The notes beneath the pieces are model-generated. The model worked only from the letters and a program-made list of their open reading frames with translations, had not been told where the DNA came from and did not search any database. Below are positions 30,713 to 39,936 of a stretch of DNA of 64,000 nucleotides, one piece after another (the stretch's first letter is position 1; every line of letters begins with the position of its first letter). Position numbers and translations under genes: made by a program. The stretch comes from Candidatus Bathyarchaeota archaeon (GTDB lineage: Archaea; Thermoproteota; Bathyarchaeia; Bathyarchaeales; Bathycorpusculaceae): NCBI GenBank assembly GCA_963815095.1, contig CAWFFH010000003.1:1024001-1088000 (forward strand). Reading direction: 5' to 3'.

Positions 30713-32323
30713 TTAGAAGTCTAAGATTTTGACTACTGCATCATTTTCAACTTCGTGTGCTAATGGAATGCCTGTAACTTTGGTGGCTATCTCGCTGAGA
30801 CTCATCAGGTCGCCTCGCGTGAGCAAATCAAGCTTCCATTTTCTATTGCCCGCCATTAGTTGTTTCAATCCAACGCCAACTCTGTCGGTTAAGTATGTAT
30901 AAACGCCTACGCTTTCCAACGGAATTTCATCAAAGCCTTTACCATATTTTGCTTTCAGTTCTGGAGTTGCAATGAAGAATTTTTCTGGAGTTCCACCGAA
31001 TTTGTCTACGAAGCTCTTGGGCAATTTACCTTCTTGCGCTAATTGTTTGAAGTAGTTTGCTTTCATAGCTGCTGTTATAGGCGAGCGCCCCATCAAGACT
31101 GCTTTAACAAGTGGTCCTTGACCGAAGTTACTTAATGCGATGGTTTTGAATATTGATGTTTCTTCGATGAATCCGCCTGCCATCACAAGGTCTGGAACAT
31201 GTTTGCCTTTTTTCTTGAGAATTTGGGCACACTGTAAAACTAGCGCTTGTAGATACAGTGTTGGGATGCTCATTTCATCCATCATTGGCACTGGACTCAT
31301 GCCTGTTCCTCCGCCTGCACCGTCAAAGCTCAAGGCATCAATCTTGGCTTCAGAGGCAAACTTCATTGTATACGCCACTGCTGAAGGTCGGTATGCACCT
31401 GTTTTTAGGAAGACTCTCTTTGCACCTTGTTCACGTAGCCATTCAATGTCTTCGATAAAGGATTTTTCTTTTGGTATACCGACTCTGCTGTGCCGCTCAA
31501 AGGTTTGGAACACTCCAGCTTTGAACGCTTGTTGAACGACCAAGTCTTCAGGATCAGGAATAACGATGTAACCACGTTTCTTAAGCAGAATTGCTTTCTC
31601 TATACTTTTGAGGCGAACTTCGCCGCCAATAGCCTTTGCTCCCTGCCCCCATTTACGCTCAATAATGTTAACTTCTAGTTTAGAGAGAGCGTATGCGTCT
31701 ATGCCTAATCTTTGATCTTCAACGTTTGTTTGGATGATGACATCGCCATTTTTTTTGTCCCAGAACTTTCTAAAAGAATCCACTCTTCGTTTTAGTTCAG
31801 GCGAATGGGTAACTTTTCCATTTGATAATTCAGCTTGAATATCCATGCCTGCAATGTTTTCACCGATAGTTACAGATACACCCGACAGAGCTGCACCGAT
31901 AGCAAGAGCATCCCAATTAACACGTGCAACTTCTGTGGATCCAAAAGCACCTGTTAATATTGGAAGTTTAAGAGGCATCCCGCCTACAACTGTTTCCAAG
32001 TTTGCGTTTGGAAAAATGGCGGCTTCTGAGGTCTCTGCAATTCCTTGTGCATCAAACAATCCTGCTTGAATGCTAAAGTGTGACCAGTCTAGACCAAAGT
32101 TTTTGAGAGCTCCTGCAGTGCTGGTTCCGAACTGTACTGGCTCCGGATAGAGTGCTTCTCGTCCTCTGAATGCAGAAAGGCTGATTTCGCACAAAACTGA
32201 ACAATCATGGATGCAAATTGGACACATACCGCTGATTGCGCTTGTGTCTTTTACTCTTGTGTTTGTTCCAACGGTTGATTTTCCATTTAGATACGAACTA
32301 TTATTTTGTGTACGTTCACTCAA
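30713..32323 (-). CDS. FMN-binding glutamate synthase family protein
   Basis: KWGQGAK, DGAGGGTGMSP, N-terminal CPIC..DC...CE. Confidence 0.85.
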   Translation of the reverse strand: MSERTQNNSSYLNGKSTVGTNTRVKDTSAISGMCPICIHDCSVLCEISLSAFRGREALYPEPVQFGTSTAGALKNFGLDWSHFSIQAGLFDAQGIAETSEAAIFPNANLETVVGGMPLKLPILTGAFGSTEVARVNWDALAIGAALSGVSVTIGENIAGMDIQAELSNGKVTHSPELKRRVDSFRKFWDKKNGDVIIQTNVEDQRLGIDAYALSKLEVNIIERKWGQGAKAIGGEVRLKSIEKAILLKKRGYIVIPDPEDLVVQQAFKAGVFQTFERHSRVGIPKEKSFIEDIEWLREQGAKRVFLKTGAYRPSAVAYTMKFASEAKIDALSFDGAGGGTGMSPVPMMDEMSIPTLYLQALVLQCAQILKKKGKHVPDLVMAGGFIEETSIFKTIALSNFGQGPLVKAVLMGRSPITAAMKANYFKQLAQEGKLPKSFVDKFGGTPEKFFIATPELKAKYGKGFDEIPLESVGVYTYLTDRVGVGLKQLMAGNRKWKLDLLTRGDLMSLSEIATKVTGIPLAHEVENDAVVKILDF

Positions 32324-32375
32324 TTTTTTATTTCCCCCACTTTTAGTTCTTTTATGGATGACTAGTTAGTCGATA

Positions 32376-32440
32376 GTATTGCCTGGTATGATTATTTAAC
32401 GTTTGTCAATATTGGGTATTACCTGGTCACATAAACGTTT
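32376..32440. promoter_or_regulatory. Direct repeats in the divergent promoter, putative operator
   Basis: GTATTGCCTGGT (32376) and GTATTACCTGGT (32416), each followed by AACGTTT (32398, 32434). Confidence 0.5.
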
Positions 32441-32477
32441 AAGTGCATTCTTATAAGATAAGGTAGTTTGACAGTTA

Positions 32478-32657
32478 ATGAAGAAAAAGAAAATCGCAAT
32501 CAGTATAGATCAAGAACTCTACGACTGGCTTAAGGGTGAAGTGGACTCTGAGGAGAGAACATTCGCTTCAATGAGTCATGCCATTGAATACTGTATTGCT
32601 TATTTGAAGAAAGACTACGATTTTGAACTAACCAAAAAAAGTAAAAAGTCACAATAA
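32478..32657 (+). CDS. Ribbon-helix-helix (CopG/MetJ-like) regulator, 59 aa, not in the ORF track
   Basis: MKKKKIAISIDQELYDWLKGEV...FASMSHAIEYCI has an RHH pattern; divergent from the glutamate synthase gene. Confidence 0.75.
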   Translation: MKKKKIAISIDQELYDWLKGEVDSEERTFASMSHAIEYCIAYLKKDYDFELTKKSKKSQ

Positions 32658-32932
32658 CATTTTAGATACCCAAAAAATAATGTTGAGGATGCCCTGATTA
32701 ACAGGGCAACTAGACCCAATCAGCAGACCTTTGTGGTGGCGACTAATTTTTGGACGTTTTTTGACACGGTTAATCTGTGTATCTTACACATACATTGAAT
32801 ATGGCTAACAAAACCATTACGATAATAATTATGCTTTTTTGGGTCTTGAAATCGTACATTAATATTCCCAAATTACTTTTCACCCTAAAATCTTAAACCT
32901 TAAAAGCAGTTGGCAGCATACAGAAACTCATC

Positions 32933-34045
32933 ATGAAGCACAAATCGTTAGGGCGACAAGTTCTTGAAAACAAGAAATTGTCGATTCTTTTATGTGTTCT
33001 TTTACTTGTTCTGCCGCTTGCCAGCCAAACTTGTAGCGCTCAGACAACCCCGCGACTGCAGAACAAGGCGTTAATGTTTCTTACTGACGTGATAGGAGTT
33101 GACACATCAAACTATAGGATTTCATTGTATGACAACCGATCCATTCAGGGGCAAGATTACCTCTTTTACAGCCTCGAACCGACCAAAGGGTCCATATTCG
33201 CTGTAGGAGGTAATGTCGGCTTCAACTTCTACAATGACTCTTTAGGGTCATGCAGTTTTGACCCAGGCACCATTAATCAACCTTACCTACATCCGCGCAG
33301 CGACCGCTTCAACGACACATTAGCCATAATGCAAAGGTACTATGGATGGACCAACGACACTCAAGTTCAGCAAATGATTGATCTTATGAAGAAAGTCGGT
33401 TCCGAAAAGAACTTACTTGAAGTCTCTGGCAATTTATCGCTTCGAATTTCAATACATTCACTCCTGGCCGAATATCGATTCAGCAATTACCTCAATGGAG
33501 TCGAGTACACAGGAGTGACTGTCAGCATGGGAAATTCTAGCGGAGACGTTTTCTTTGACGATAACCGAGTATGGCAAAAAATAGGAAATACAAGCATCAA
33601 CATAACCCAAGACCAAGCCATACGCATAGCCGAGGACGCAGCCAAAAGGTACTCTTATAATCATAATTTCGGGAATGGAACCGTAGTGACTATTTCTAAC
33701 CTCAATGTTACGGGCATTTATAGAACAAGCCTCTCAAGTACGTTGAGGGATAATTCAACACTTTATCCCATCTACAACATAGAATTGAACGTCACAGGCT
33801 TGCCCTCGAAGTATGTCGGTATTGGCGTATTTGTTTGGGCAAATGACGGAAAAATTCAATCTGTCTACCAATATATTTATCCAAGCTCTCCTTTTGTTGA
33901 TTCGATTTTCAACTTAATATTCTTCCAAACACTTTTTGGCTCATTGATAGACCTTGTTTTGGTATTGTGCCTTTTTGTGGCAGTCATAGTTATTGTGCTG
34001 GTAGTGGTTCTGAGAAGCAAGAAAGCGAACTCAAATAGTGGTTAA
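32933..34045 (+). CDS. Secreted, C-terminally anchored surface protein
   Basis: Signal peptide, many N-x-S/T sequons, C-terminal TM plus basic tail. Confidence 0.75.
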   Translation: MKHKSLGRQVLENKKLSILLCVLLLVLPLASQTCSAQTTPRLQNKALMFLTDVIGVDTSNYRISLYDNRSIQGQDYLFYSLEPTKGSIFAVGGNVGFNFYNDSLGSCSFDPGTINQPYLHPRSDRFNDTLAIMQRYYGWTNDTQVQQMIDLMKKVGSEKNLLEVSGNLSLRISIHSLLAEYRFSNYLNGVEYTGVTVSMGNSSGDVFFDDNRVWQKIGNTSINITQDQAIRIAEDAAKRYSYNHNFGNGTVVTISNLNVTGIYRTSLSSTLRDNSTLYPIYNIELNVTGLPSKYVGIGVFVWANDGKIQSVYQYIYPSSPFVDSIFNLIFFQTLFGSLIDLVLVLCLFVAVIVIVLVVVLRSKKANSNSG

Positions 34046-34138
34046 TGGATAACCAGGTGATATCTTCATTCACTGAGGTTCGATGTAACGGATGCTCAAC
34101 TCGATAGGGGCTTTATCTTCTATCTCCTGTACAAAGAC

Positions 34139-34210
34139 TTAGTCAAGAAACTTTGACCAGAAAAAGGGGGTTTAGTTCAGAAACCTTGACAAGAACCCTT
34201 TTATTGCAAA
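34139..34210 (+). repeat. TAGTCAAGAAA element, copy 1 (bipartite)
   Basis: TTAGTCAAGAAACTTTGAC..GGGTTTAGTTCAGAAACCTTGACAAGAACCCTTTTATTGCAAA. Confidence 0.85.
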
Positions 34211-34226
34211 CCATTTCAACATAGAT

Positions 34227-35555
34227 TTGGTGATTATGAGAAAAGGTTTGGTCTTAGCGGTTGTTCTCGTCTTCCTAACAGCATCATCCACAATCTTGGC
34301 TTTGCCTGTTTCTGGAGCTTCTGCCAATGAGAATACTTGGGTAGATTTAGCACCTATGCATATAGCAAGAGCATGGTTGGGAGTCGCAGCAGTAAACGAA
34401 AAAATCTATGCAATTGGCGGTTCAACCGCAAGCGGATTTGAACCAGCGTCATTTCCTTATGGAAATATTAATGCAGACCATTTTGTCGCCACAAACGAAG
34501 AATATGACCCGACCAATAATATTTGGAGTTACAAAGCACCAATGCCTACTCCCCGAATGGCTTTCGCGATAGCCGAATTTCAAGGCAAAATTTACTGTAT
34601 AGGCGGCAGAAGTGTAGCTGGTATGTCAGGCGGTTATACTTCTGTAAATGAAGTGTATGACCCAGTTACCAATACTTGGGGAAACAAAGCTCCAATGCCA
34701 GTTGCCAATGGTTGGATAGAAGCAAAAGTCATTGACAATAAAATCTATATCAGAAACAGTCTTCCAAATACCTCAGGCATAAATTATGTTTATGACCCAA
34801 CATCCGATAAATGGAATAGTTCAGTCCCAACTCCACAAGACGGAAAATTATTGCTAGATTACATTCCTAATGGTTATGAAACTACAGGGATAATGTCTCC
34901 TAAGATGGTTTACACTTTTAATAGAGATTTTAGTTCAAACATTGACGTTTATAATCCTGAAAACGACAGTTGGAAAAATGGTGTTCCGAGACCTTTAGAA
35001 CGTTATGGGTTCGGGGTGGCAGTTTCGAATGACATCTTTTATGTTGTAGGAGGTTACACTTACAGTTTCATTGGCAACTTTGCTCCCTTAACGGCAAACG
35101 AGGAATACATTCCATTTGGCTATGGTACCCCTGATTCGACATATGTGCTGGAGCATGCTCCACCTGAAATGACATTTAGGTCACCGCTAAACCAAACTTA
35201 TAACGATTCAATCATTCCGATCATTTACACAGTTAACAAGAATTTAACATCTTCAGATTACAGTTTGGACGGGCAACAGAACATTACCATAACTGGCAAT
35301 ACTACACTCACAAGAATACCTAATGGCACACACAACCTAGCAATCTACGCTAATGATTCATATGGAAATACAGGCAGTCAAACAATCAATTTCACAGTTG
35401 AGAAACCAGAGTCAAAGTCCTCTCCTACCGGTTCAGTTGCTGTTATTTCTGGAATAACGGCTGTAGTTGTTGTTATTGTTGCTGCTAGTTTGCTGTTGAT
35501 CTACTACAAGCGCAAACGTAGTTTAGTCAAGAAACCTTTACGAAAAACCTCTTAA
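34227..35555 (+). CDS. Kelch-repeat surface protein with Ig-like domain and TM anchor
   Basis: Repeated KIYxIGG...EEYDP...W...APMP; YSLDG..N.TI.GN domain; C-terminal TM. Confidence 0.85.
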   Translation: MVIMRKGLVLAVVLVFLTASSTILALPVSGASANENTWVDLAPMHIARAWLGVAAVNEKIYAIGGSTASGFEPASFPYGNINADHFVATNEEYDPTNNIWSYKAPMPTPRMAFAIAEFQGKIYCIGGRSVAGMSGGYTSVNEVYDPVTNTWGNKAPMPVANGWIEAKVIDNKIYIRNSLPNTSGINYVYDPTSDKWNSSVPTPQDGKLLLDYIPNGYETTGIMSPKMVYTFNRDFSSNIDVYNPENDSWKNGVPRPLERYGFGVAVSNDIFYVVGGYTYSFIGNFAPLTANEEYIPFGYGTPDSTYVLEHAPPEMTFRSPLNQTYNDSIIPIIYTVNKNLTSSDYSLDGQQNITITGNTTLTRIPNGTHNLAIYANDSYGNTGSQTINFTVEKPESKSSPTGSVAVISGITAVVVVIVAASLLLIYYKRKRSLVKKPLRKTS

Positions 35556-35556
35556 G
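35522..35556 (+). repeat. TAGTCAAGAAA element, copy 2 (overlaps the kelch gene end and encodes LVKKP)
   Basis: TTTAGTCAAGAAACCTTTACGAAAAACCTCTTAAG. Confidence 0.8.
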
Positions 35557-35599
35557 ATAGAAAGTTCTGAGGGATTAAGCAACTCAGGGCAGTATTACA

Positions 35600-36853
35600 T
35601 TGAAGAAAAAGGCTATAGGCATATCGTTGGTCTTAGCGCTTCTATTTTCATTAGCAGCTGGAACGTCACTTGTTGATTTAACATACGCTAATCCCATCGC
35701 ACCACGCAGTTATCCTCAAATAACAATTAACAGTGATGGTAGCATAACACCACCAACTGCGCCCATAAACCGCACTGGAAACGTTTACACGCTTGCAGAA
35801 GATTTGCTTGAACAAACAATTGTGATATATCGGAGTGATATAGTGTTTGAAGGAGCCGAACACACTATTAGTGTCCCGGAAAAGCCGGGGAGCGGTTTTG
35901 TTTATCAAACGATTGGCATATGGCTGATGCCAGACGAGCATGCAGCTGGTGTAATTAATAGAAAAAATGTAATTATAAGAAACCTGACGGTTCTGGGGAC
36001 TGTTGAAGTTTATTGTGGGGATAACTGTCAAATCGAAAAAGTCAATGCAAAAAATATTTGGGTAGATGGCAATTCCAACACGATAAAAGATAGCGCCTGC
36101 GGAGTAGGATTAAGCAATAACGCAAGAAATAATGTGATTACAAGAAACAACATAAACTCTTTGTGGGTCGGCAATGATTGTTACTCTAATAAATTTTATC
36201 TAAACAATTTCAATCTAACTGAATACCCAGGAGTATTCAGCACGATTTCTTGGGATAATGGGGACATCGGCAATTTTTGGAGCAACTACACAATAAAGTA
36301 TCCTGATGCCATAGAATTAGGCAATTCTGGAATCGGTAACATACCATACACTATCGAAAAAGAGTACCTTACAAGTCAATTAGAAAGACAATATGGAGGG
36401 CTAGCTAACGTCACATTTATGAGTCTTGGTTATGTCCCGCTTGTTGATCGTTTTCCACTAATCTATCAATGGGGAGCTCCACGAGTGATTCTACTCAACC
36501 TTGAAAATCTTACATCCTCTGAGCCTCTTGCCCTCAACTTTTCAGTCAGCAAGCCAGTTGTTTGGACAGGATATAGTCTTAATGGCGGAGAAAACACAAC
36601 TATCGCAGGCAACACTACTATCAACAGCTTAACAACAGGTTCTCATAACATAACAATCTACGCTAAAGACACCTCTGGAAATATTGGCGCTTCAGAAACT
36701 TTCAGATTTGAAGTTGCCCCAGAGTCCATTTTAGCCGGAGCCTCAGAGTCCTTGCCAATTTTAACGGTTGTCGCTGTTTCCGTAGTTGCTTTTGCTTTGG
36801 TGGCTTCTGGTTTGTTGCTTTTTAGACTATATGAAAGACGAGTGAGAAAGTAA
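35600..36853 (+). CDS. Right-handed beta-helix (NosD/CASH-like) surface protein with Ig-like domain and TM anchor; native tail displaced by the IS
   Basis: ITINSDGSI..APINRTGNVYTL, WDNG.IGNFWSNY, DRFPL; native end RHRKLVELRKLEN* is at 38101-38142. Confidence 0.85.
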   Translation: MKKKAIGISLVLALLFSLAAGTSLVDLTYANPIAPRSYPQITINSDGSITPPTAPINRTGNVYTLAEDLLEQTIVIYRSDIVFEGAEHTISVPEKPGSGFVYQTIGIWLMPDEHAAGVINRKNVIIRNLTVLGTVEVYCGDNCQIEKVNAKNIWVDGNSNTIKDSACGVGLSNNARNNVITRNNINSLWVGNDCYSNKFYLNNFNLTEYPGVFSTISWDNGDIGNFWSNYTIKYPDAIELGNSGIGNIPYTIEKEYLTSQLERQYGGLANVTFMSLGYVPLVDRFPLIYQWGAPRVILLNLENLTSSEPLALNFSVSKPVVWTGYSLNGGENTTIAGNTTINSLTTGSHNITIYAKDTSGNIGASETFRFEVAPESILAGASESLPILTVVAVSVVAFALVASGLLLFRLYERRVRK

Positions 36854-36979
36854 CTCTTGCTGGCTAGTCCGGTGCCTTCTTGGCCCTTGCGGCCGATTTT
36901 TAGACTGGGCTTGACCTGAGCTGCTATAGAACTGGGCATTCGCCCGTATGAGAGATTGCAGCCTGAAAGCCAGCAGGAG
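36854..36979 (+). ncRNA. Predicted bridge RNA/seekRNA of the IS110-family element
   Basis: Closing stem plus two internal-loop hairpins whose loops match the target (8/8 and 8/8) and the donor junction (8/8 and 5 nt). Confidence 0.85.
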
Positions 36980-36990
36980 AAAGAAAAAAA

Positions 36991-38037
36991 ATGGTGAGAT
37001 ATGTAGGAGTAGATGTTGGCAAAGCCAAATGCAGAGCAGCAATAATGAATCAAACCGGCGCCATCGAGAGCGAATTCTTCTTTGAAAACAACACTAAAGG
37101 AATAGAGTCTTTGACGTCTATGCTAACTGTTGAGGATCAGGTTGTTATGGAATCTACAGGGAATTTGTGGCTAAGCATATACGATGCATTGGATAATAGA
37201 AGCATTAAGGTAGTGCTGGCTAATCCATTGAAGACTAAAGTGATAGCTTCAGCGAAAATAAAAACTGATAAGGTGGATGCTAGGATTTTGGCGCATTTGC
37301 TGAGAGCTGATCTTGTTGCTGAAAGCTATGTTCCGCAAGGAAGCATACGTGAAATGCGAGGTTTAGTTAGGCATAGGCTGAGCTTGGTTAGAATGCGCAC
37401 GGCTATAAAGAACAAGGCACATGCAATCGTTGACAAGTATAGTTATCGTTGTGAATTCTCAGATATGTTCGGTAAAGGTGGAATTGCTTGGATGAGGTCA
37501 CTGATACTTAATGAGCTTGATAGACTGATTTTGGAAAACCATCTTTCGCTGATTGAATCTATTAACTTGCAGGTCGGGATGGTGGATAAAGCTATTCGAA
37601 AAATCGCTTGTGAGGATGAGGATGTTCGGTTGCTACTTAGCTTGACTGGTGTTGATGTTTATGGTGCATTGTTGATTCATAGTGAAATTGGTCCGATAAC
37701 GCGGTTTAGTAGTTATAAGAAGTTGATTTCTTGGGCTGGTTTGGCTCCGTCGGTGCATCAATCTGGGAATGTTGAGTATACTGGTAGGATTACTAAGCGT
37801 GGTTCTAGCTTGTTGAGGTGGGTTATGGTTGAGGCTGCGAGGACTGCTGTGCAGTATCATGAGAAATTGGCTGGGTTTTATGAGCGTGTGAGGGCTAGGC
37901 GTGGTGATCAGAAGGCTGCTGTTGCTGTTGCTTGTAAGATGCTTAAGATTGTTTGGTTCATGCTAAGTAGGCGTGAGGTCTATAGCTGTGCTAATACGAG
38001 GCGTTATGGAGAAAAGCTAAAAAAGATTGGTGCGTAG
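36991..38037 (+). CDS. IS110-family transposase/recombinase
   Basis: DEDD RuvC-like motifs (VGVDVGK, MESTG, KTDKVDA) and Tnp20 domain AGLAPSVHQSG. Confidence 0.96.
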   Translation: MVRYVGVDVGKAKCRAAIMNQTGAIESEFFFENNTKGIESLTSMLTVEDQVVMESTGNLWLSIYDALDNRSIKVVLANPLKTKVIASAKIKTDKVDARILAHLLRADLVAESYVPQGSIREMRGLVRHRLSLVRMRTAIKNKAHAIVDKYSYRCEFSDMFGKGGIAWMRSLILNELDRLILENHLSLIESINLQVGMVDKAIRKIACEDEDVRLLLSLTGVDVYGALLIHSEIGPITRFSSYKKLISWAGLAPSVHQSGNVEYTGRITKRGSSLLRWVMVEAARTAVQYHEKLAGFYERVRARRGDQKAAVAVACKMLKIVWFMLSRREVYSCANTRRYGEKLKKIGA

Positions 38038-38153
38038 TTTGGTTTACTGGCTTTCAGGATAAGTTGGTCGCTGGCTTAGAGAACCGTCTTTCATGAGAGA
38101 AGGCATCGAAAACTCGTTGAATTGAGGAAGTTAGAGAATTAAACCCAAGTTAA

Positions 38154-39638
38154 TCAAATACATTGATGCATTGGCAGTCGGTGTCTTCTTTGCACAATTA
38201 TTAACAAAGCGGCTATTGTAACCAGGGCAACAATAATTAGCGACAAAGCTTCATTAGGCATTTCTGGAACCGAAGAAGCCTCAGGCATATCTGGCACCGA
38301 AGAAATCTTTGCCCCGCTCAGATCGAACATTATATTGTGTGAGCTATGGTGATAGTAAAAGTGCAGTATCCAGCTGTCCTCTGTTGAGGTTACAGTATAG
38401 GAAACTGGGTTATCATCAATATAGGCTTGGATGGATGAAACATTCTCAACAAGGCTTCTGCTAACACAGACATCGGCATACCCCATAGTTCCACTCAGCC
38501 CCGTTACTGAGAAGCTTAACTGGGCATTAGCCGAATCAAACGATAGGTTAGCCACGGTAGAGTTGGAGTCCACTGAAAATACAGTTTGTGATTGATTGCC
38601 GCTTGGGGCTGTGATTAGAACGGGAACGGCTTTGAAGACAAAGCTAGTTGTTGAGCTTCCCCAATAGGTTGCGTTAATCAGGTAGTTGCCTTCCGTTGAA
38701 GGTGACCAGTCGATGGAGTAGCTTCCATTTGTGGAAGTGTTTGTAGAGCCGATAAAACGCCATATTGGTTCGCCGATTTGTTGATAGGAGAATTCTATGA
38801 TTGCCTGCGGTATACCTGTGCCATATAATGATAGGGTGCCGAAAACTTGTATGTTGCCATTGGAGCCTTCACTCTGGCAGTTAACCGATAACGAGGACAT
38901 TCCAGGGTGAGAAGAGTCAACTGTTGGGGGCGGCATCACGGAGGAGTTGCCTTGTCCCGAAGCGTAAATTGCAACAACCTCGTTGTCGATGTATTGTAAG
39001 GAACTCAAAGTTGAGGGGAACGAGGTGCTGTTTAAATTGCATCTTGCACGCTGGGAAGATTCTACGAATTGGTCTTCGTTTATATGAATATTGGGGCCTT
39101 GCACAACAGCAGCCAACCAGTATGTACCTGCCTGTAGAGATATGGGGGATGCGAAATTTAGTGTTTGGAATTCGTCTAGTGTCAATGCAATGTTGTCAAC
39201 TGGTTTGCTGATAGTGTCCAATTCGGTTTGCCCAATTAGTTCTCCTATTTGTCCGTTGTTGTCACTATAAATTGCAAACCGGTAAGTGCTGTCTTCATCC
39301 TTTTCGTTGATAGAGTACCCAATGTACATTTGGCATGACATAGAAGTGATTGTTGCAGCCCCGTTGAGCTGGAAGAGTGAAGCACTAAAATTTTCGTTGT
39401 CCCCTCCATGAGCCAAATAAGGATAACCAAGGATGGGTTTATCGCCCTGTGCAGAGGTACCTTGTATAACGCCAAATGCTGCGGATACCAAAAGTAAGGC
39501 AACTAAGAATGCAGGAGACCATGAATGGTTATTCAAGTTTGTTTTCTCACTGTACTTTCTTGTGACGTTAGTAATACATTTTACTGTAGAACCAATATAA
39601 CAAAGAAAAATGGGGGTTGCGCGGGTGGATTTCTCCAT
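38154..39638 (-). CDS. Secreted surface protein with Ig-like domains and PEF-CTERM-like anchor (true start probably about 100 nt inside)
   Basis: Signal peptide AFLVALLLVSAAFG; VPDMP/VPEMP, then TM and basic tail. Confidence 0.75.
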   Translation of the reverse strand: MEKSTRATPIFLCYIGSTVKCITNVTRKYSEKTNLNNHSWSPAFLVALLLVSAAFGVIQGTSAQGDKPILGYPYLAHGGDNENFSASLFQLNGAATITSMSCQMYIGYSINEKDEDSTYRFAIYSDNNGQIGELIGQTELDTISKPVDNIALTLDEFQTLNFASPISLQAGTYWLAAVVQGPNIHINEDQFVESSQRARCNLNSTSFPSTLSSLQYIDNEVVAIYASGQGNSSVMPPPTVDSSHPGMSSLSVNCQSEGSNGNIQVFGTLSLYGTGIPQAIIEFSYQQIGEPIWRFIGSTNTSTNGSYSIDWSPSTEGNYLINATYWGSSTTSFVFKAVPVLITAPSGNQSQTVFSVDSNSTVANLSFDSANAQLSFSVTGLSGTMGYADVCVSRSLVENVSSIQAYIDDNPVSYTVTSTEDSWILHFYYHHSSHNIMFDLSGAKISSVPDMPEASSVPEMPNEALSLIIVALVTIAALLIIVQRRHRLPMHQCI

Positions 39639-39717
39639 TTGTACAGGGTTCGAGATAACGGTTGCTCAAAATGCCAGAGGTTGTGGCGTCTATTTTCTTG
39701 CAGAAAGCATCAAAGCA

Positions 39718-39782
39718 TAGTCAAGAAAACTTGACTTGGAAAGGACGGGTTTAGTTTAGAAACATAGCCAAGAACCTTTTTT
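39718..39782 (+). repeat. TAGTCAAGAAA element, copy 3 (bipartite)
   Basis: TAGTCAAGAAAACTTGACT..GGGTTTAGTTTAGAAACATAGCCAAGAACCTTTT aligns with copy 1 over about 65 bp. Confidence 0.85.
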
Positions 39783-39936
39783 GGTAAATTGAGCTTGGTA
39801 TCCTGCAAGCTAATAATTAGTTTAACATATTCTTTTGGTTCTGTAGTTTCAGGGCTTAACCGTTTGTGGTAGGCATAGAACAAGCACATATACTTAACTT
39901 AACTGCTGAGTTTGAAATTCTAAACTAAAGAGTTGT

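Larger units (their letters stand above)
36824..38097 (+). mobile_element. Complete IS110/IS1111-family insertion sequence
   Basis: Sub-terminal IRs ATGAAAGACG (36831-36840) and CGTCTTTCAT (38085-38094), 7 and 3 nt from the ends; AGA core at both junctions; removing the element restores the host ORF. Confidence 0.92.

Noticed and set aside
39610-39660. GGTTCGA suggesting a tRNA T-loop
   Set aside because: No cloverleaf stems can be built around it
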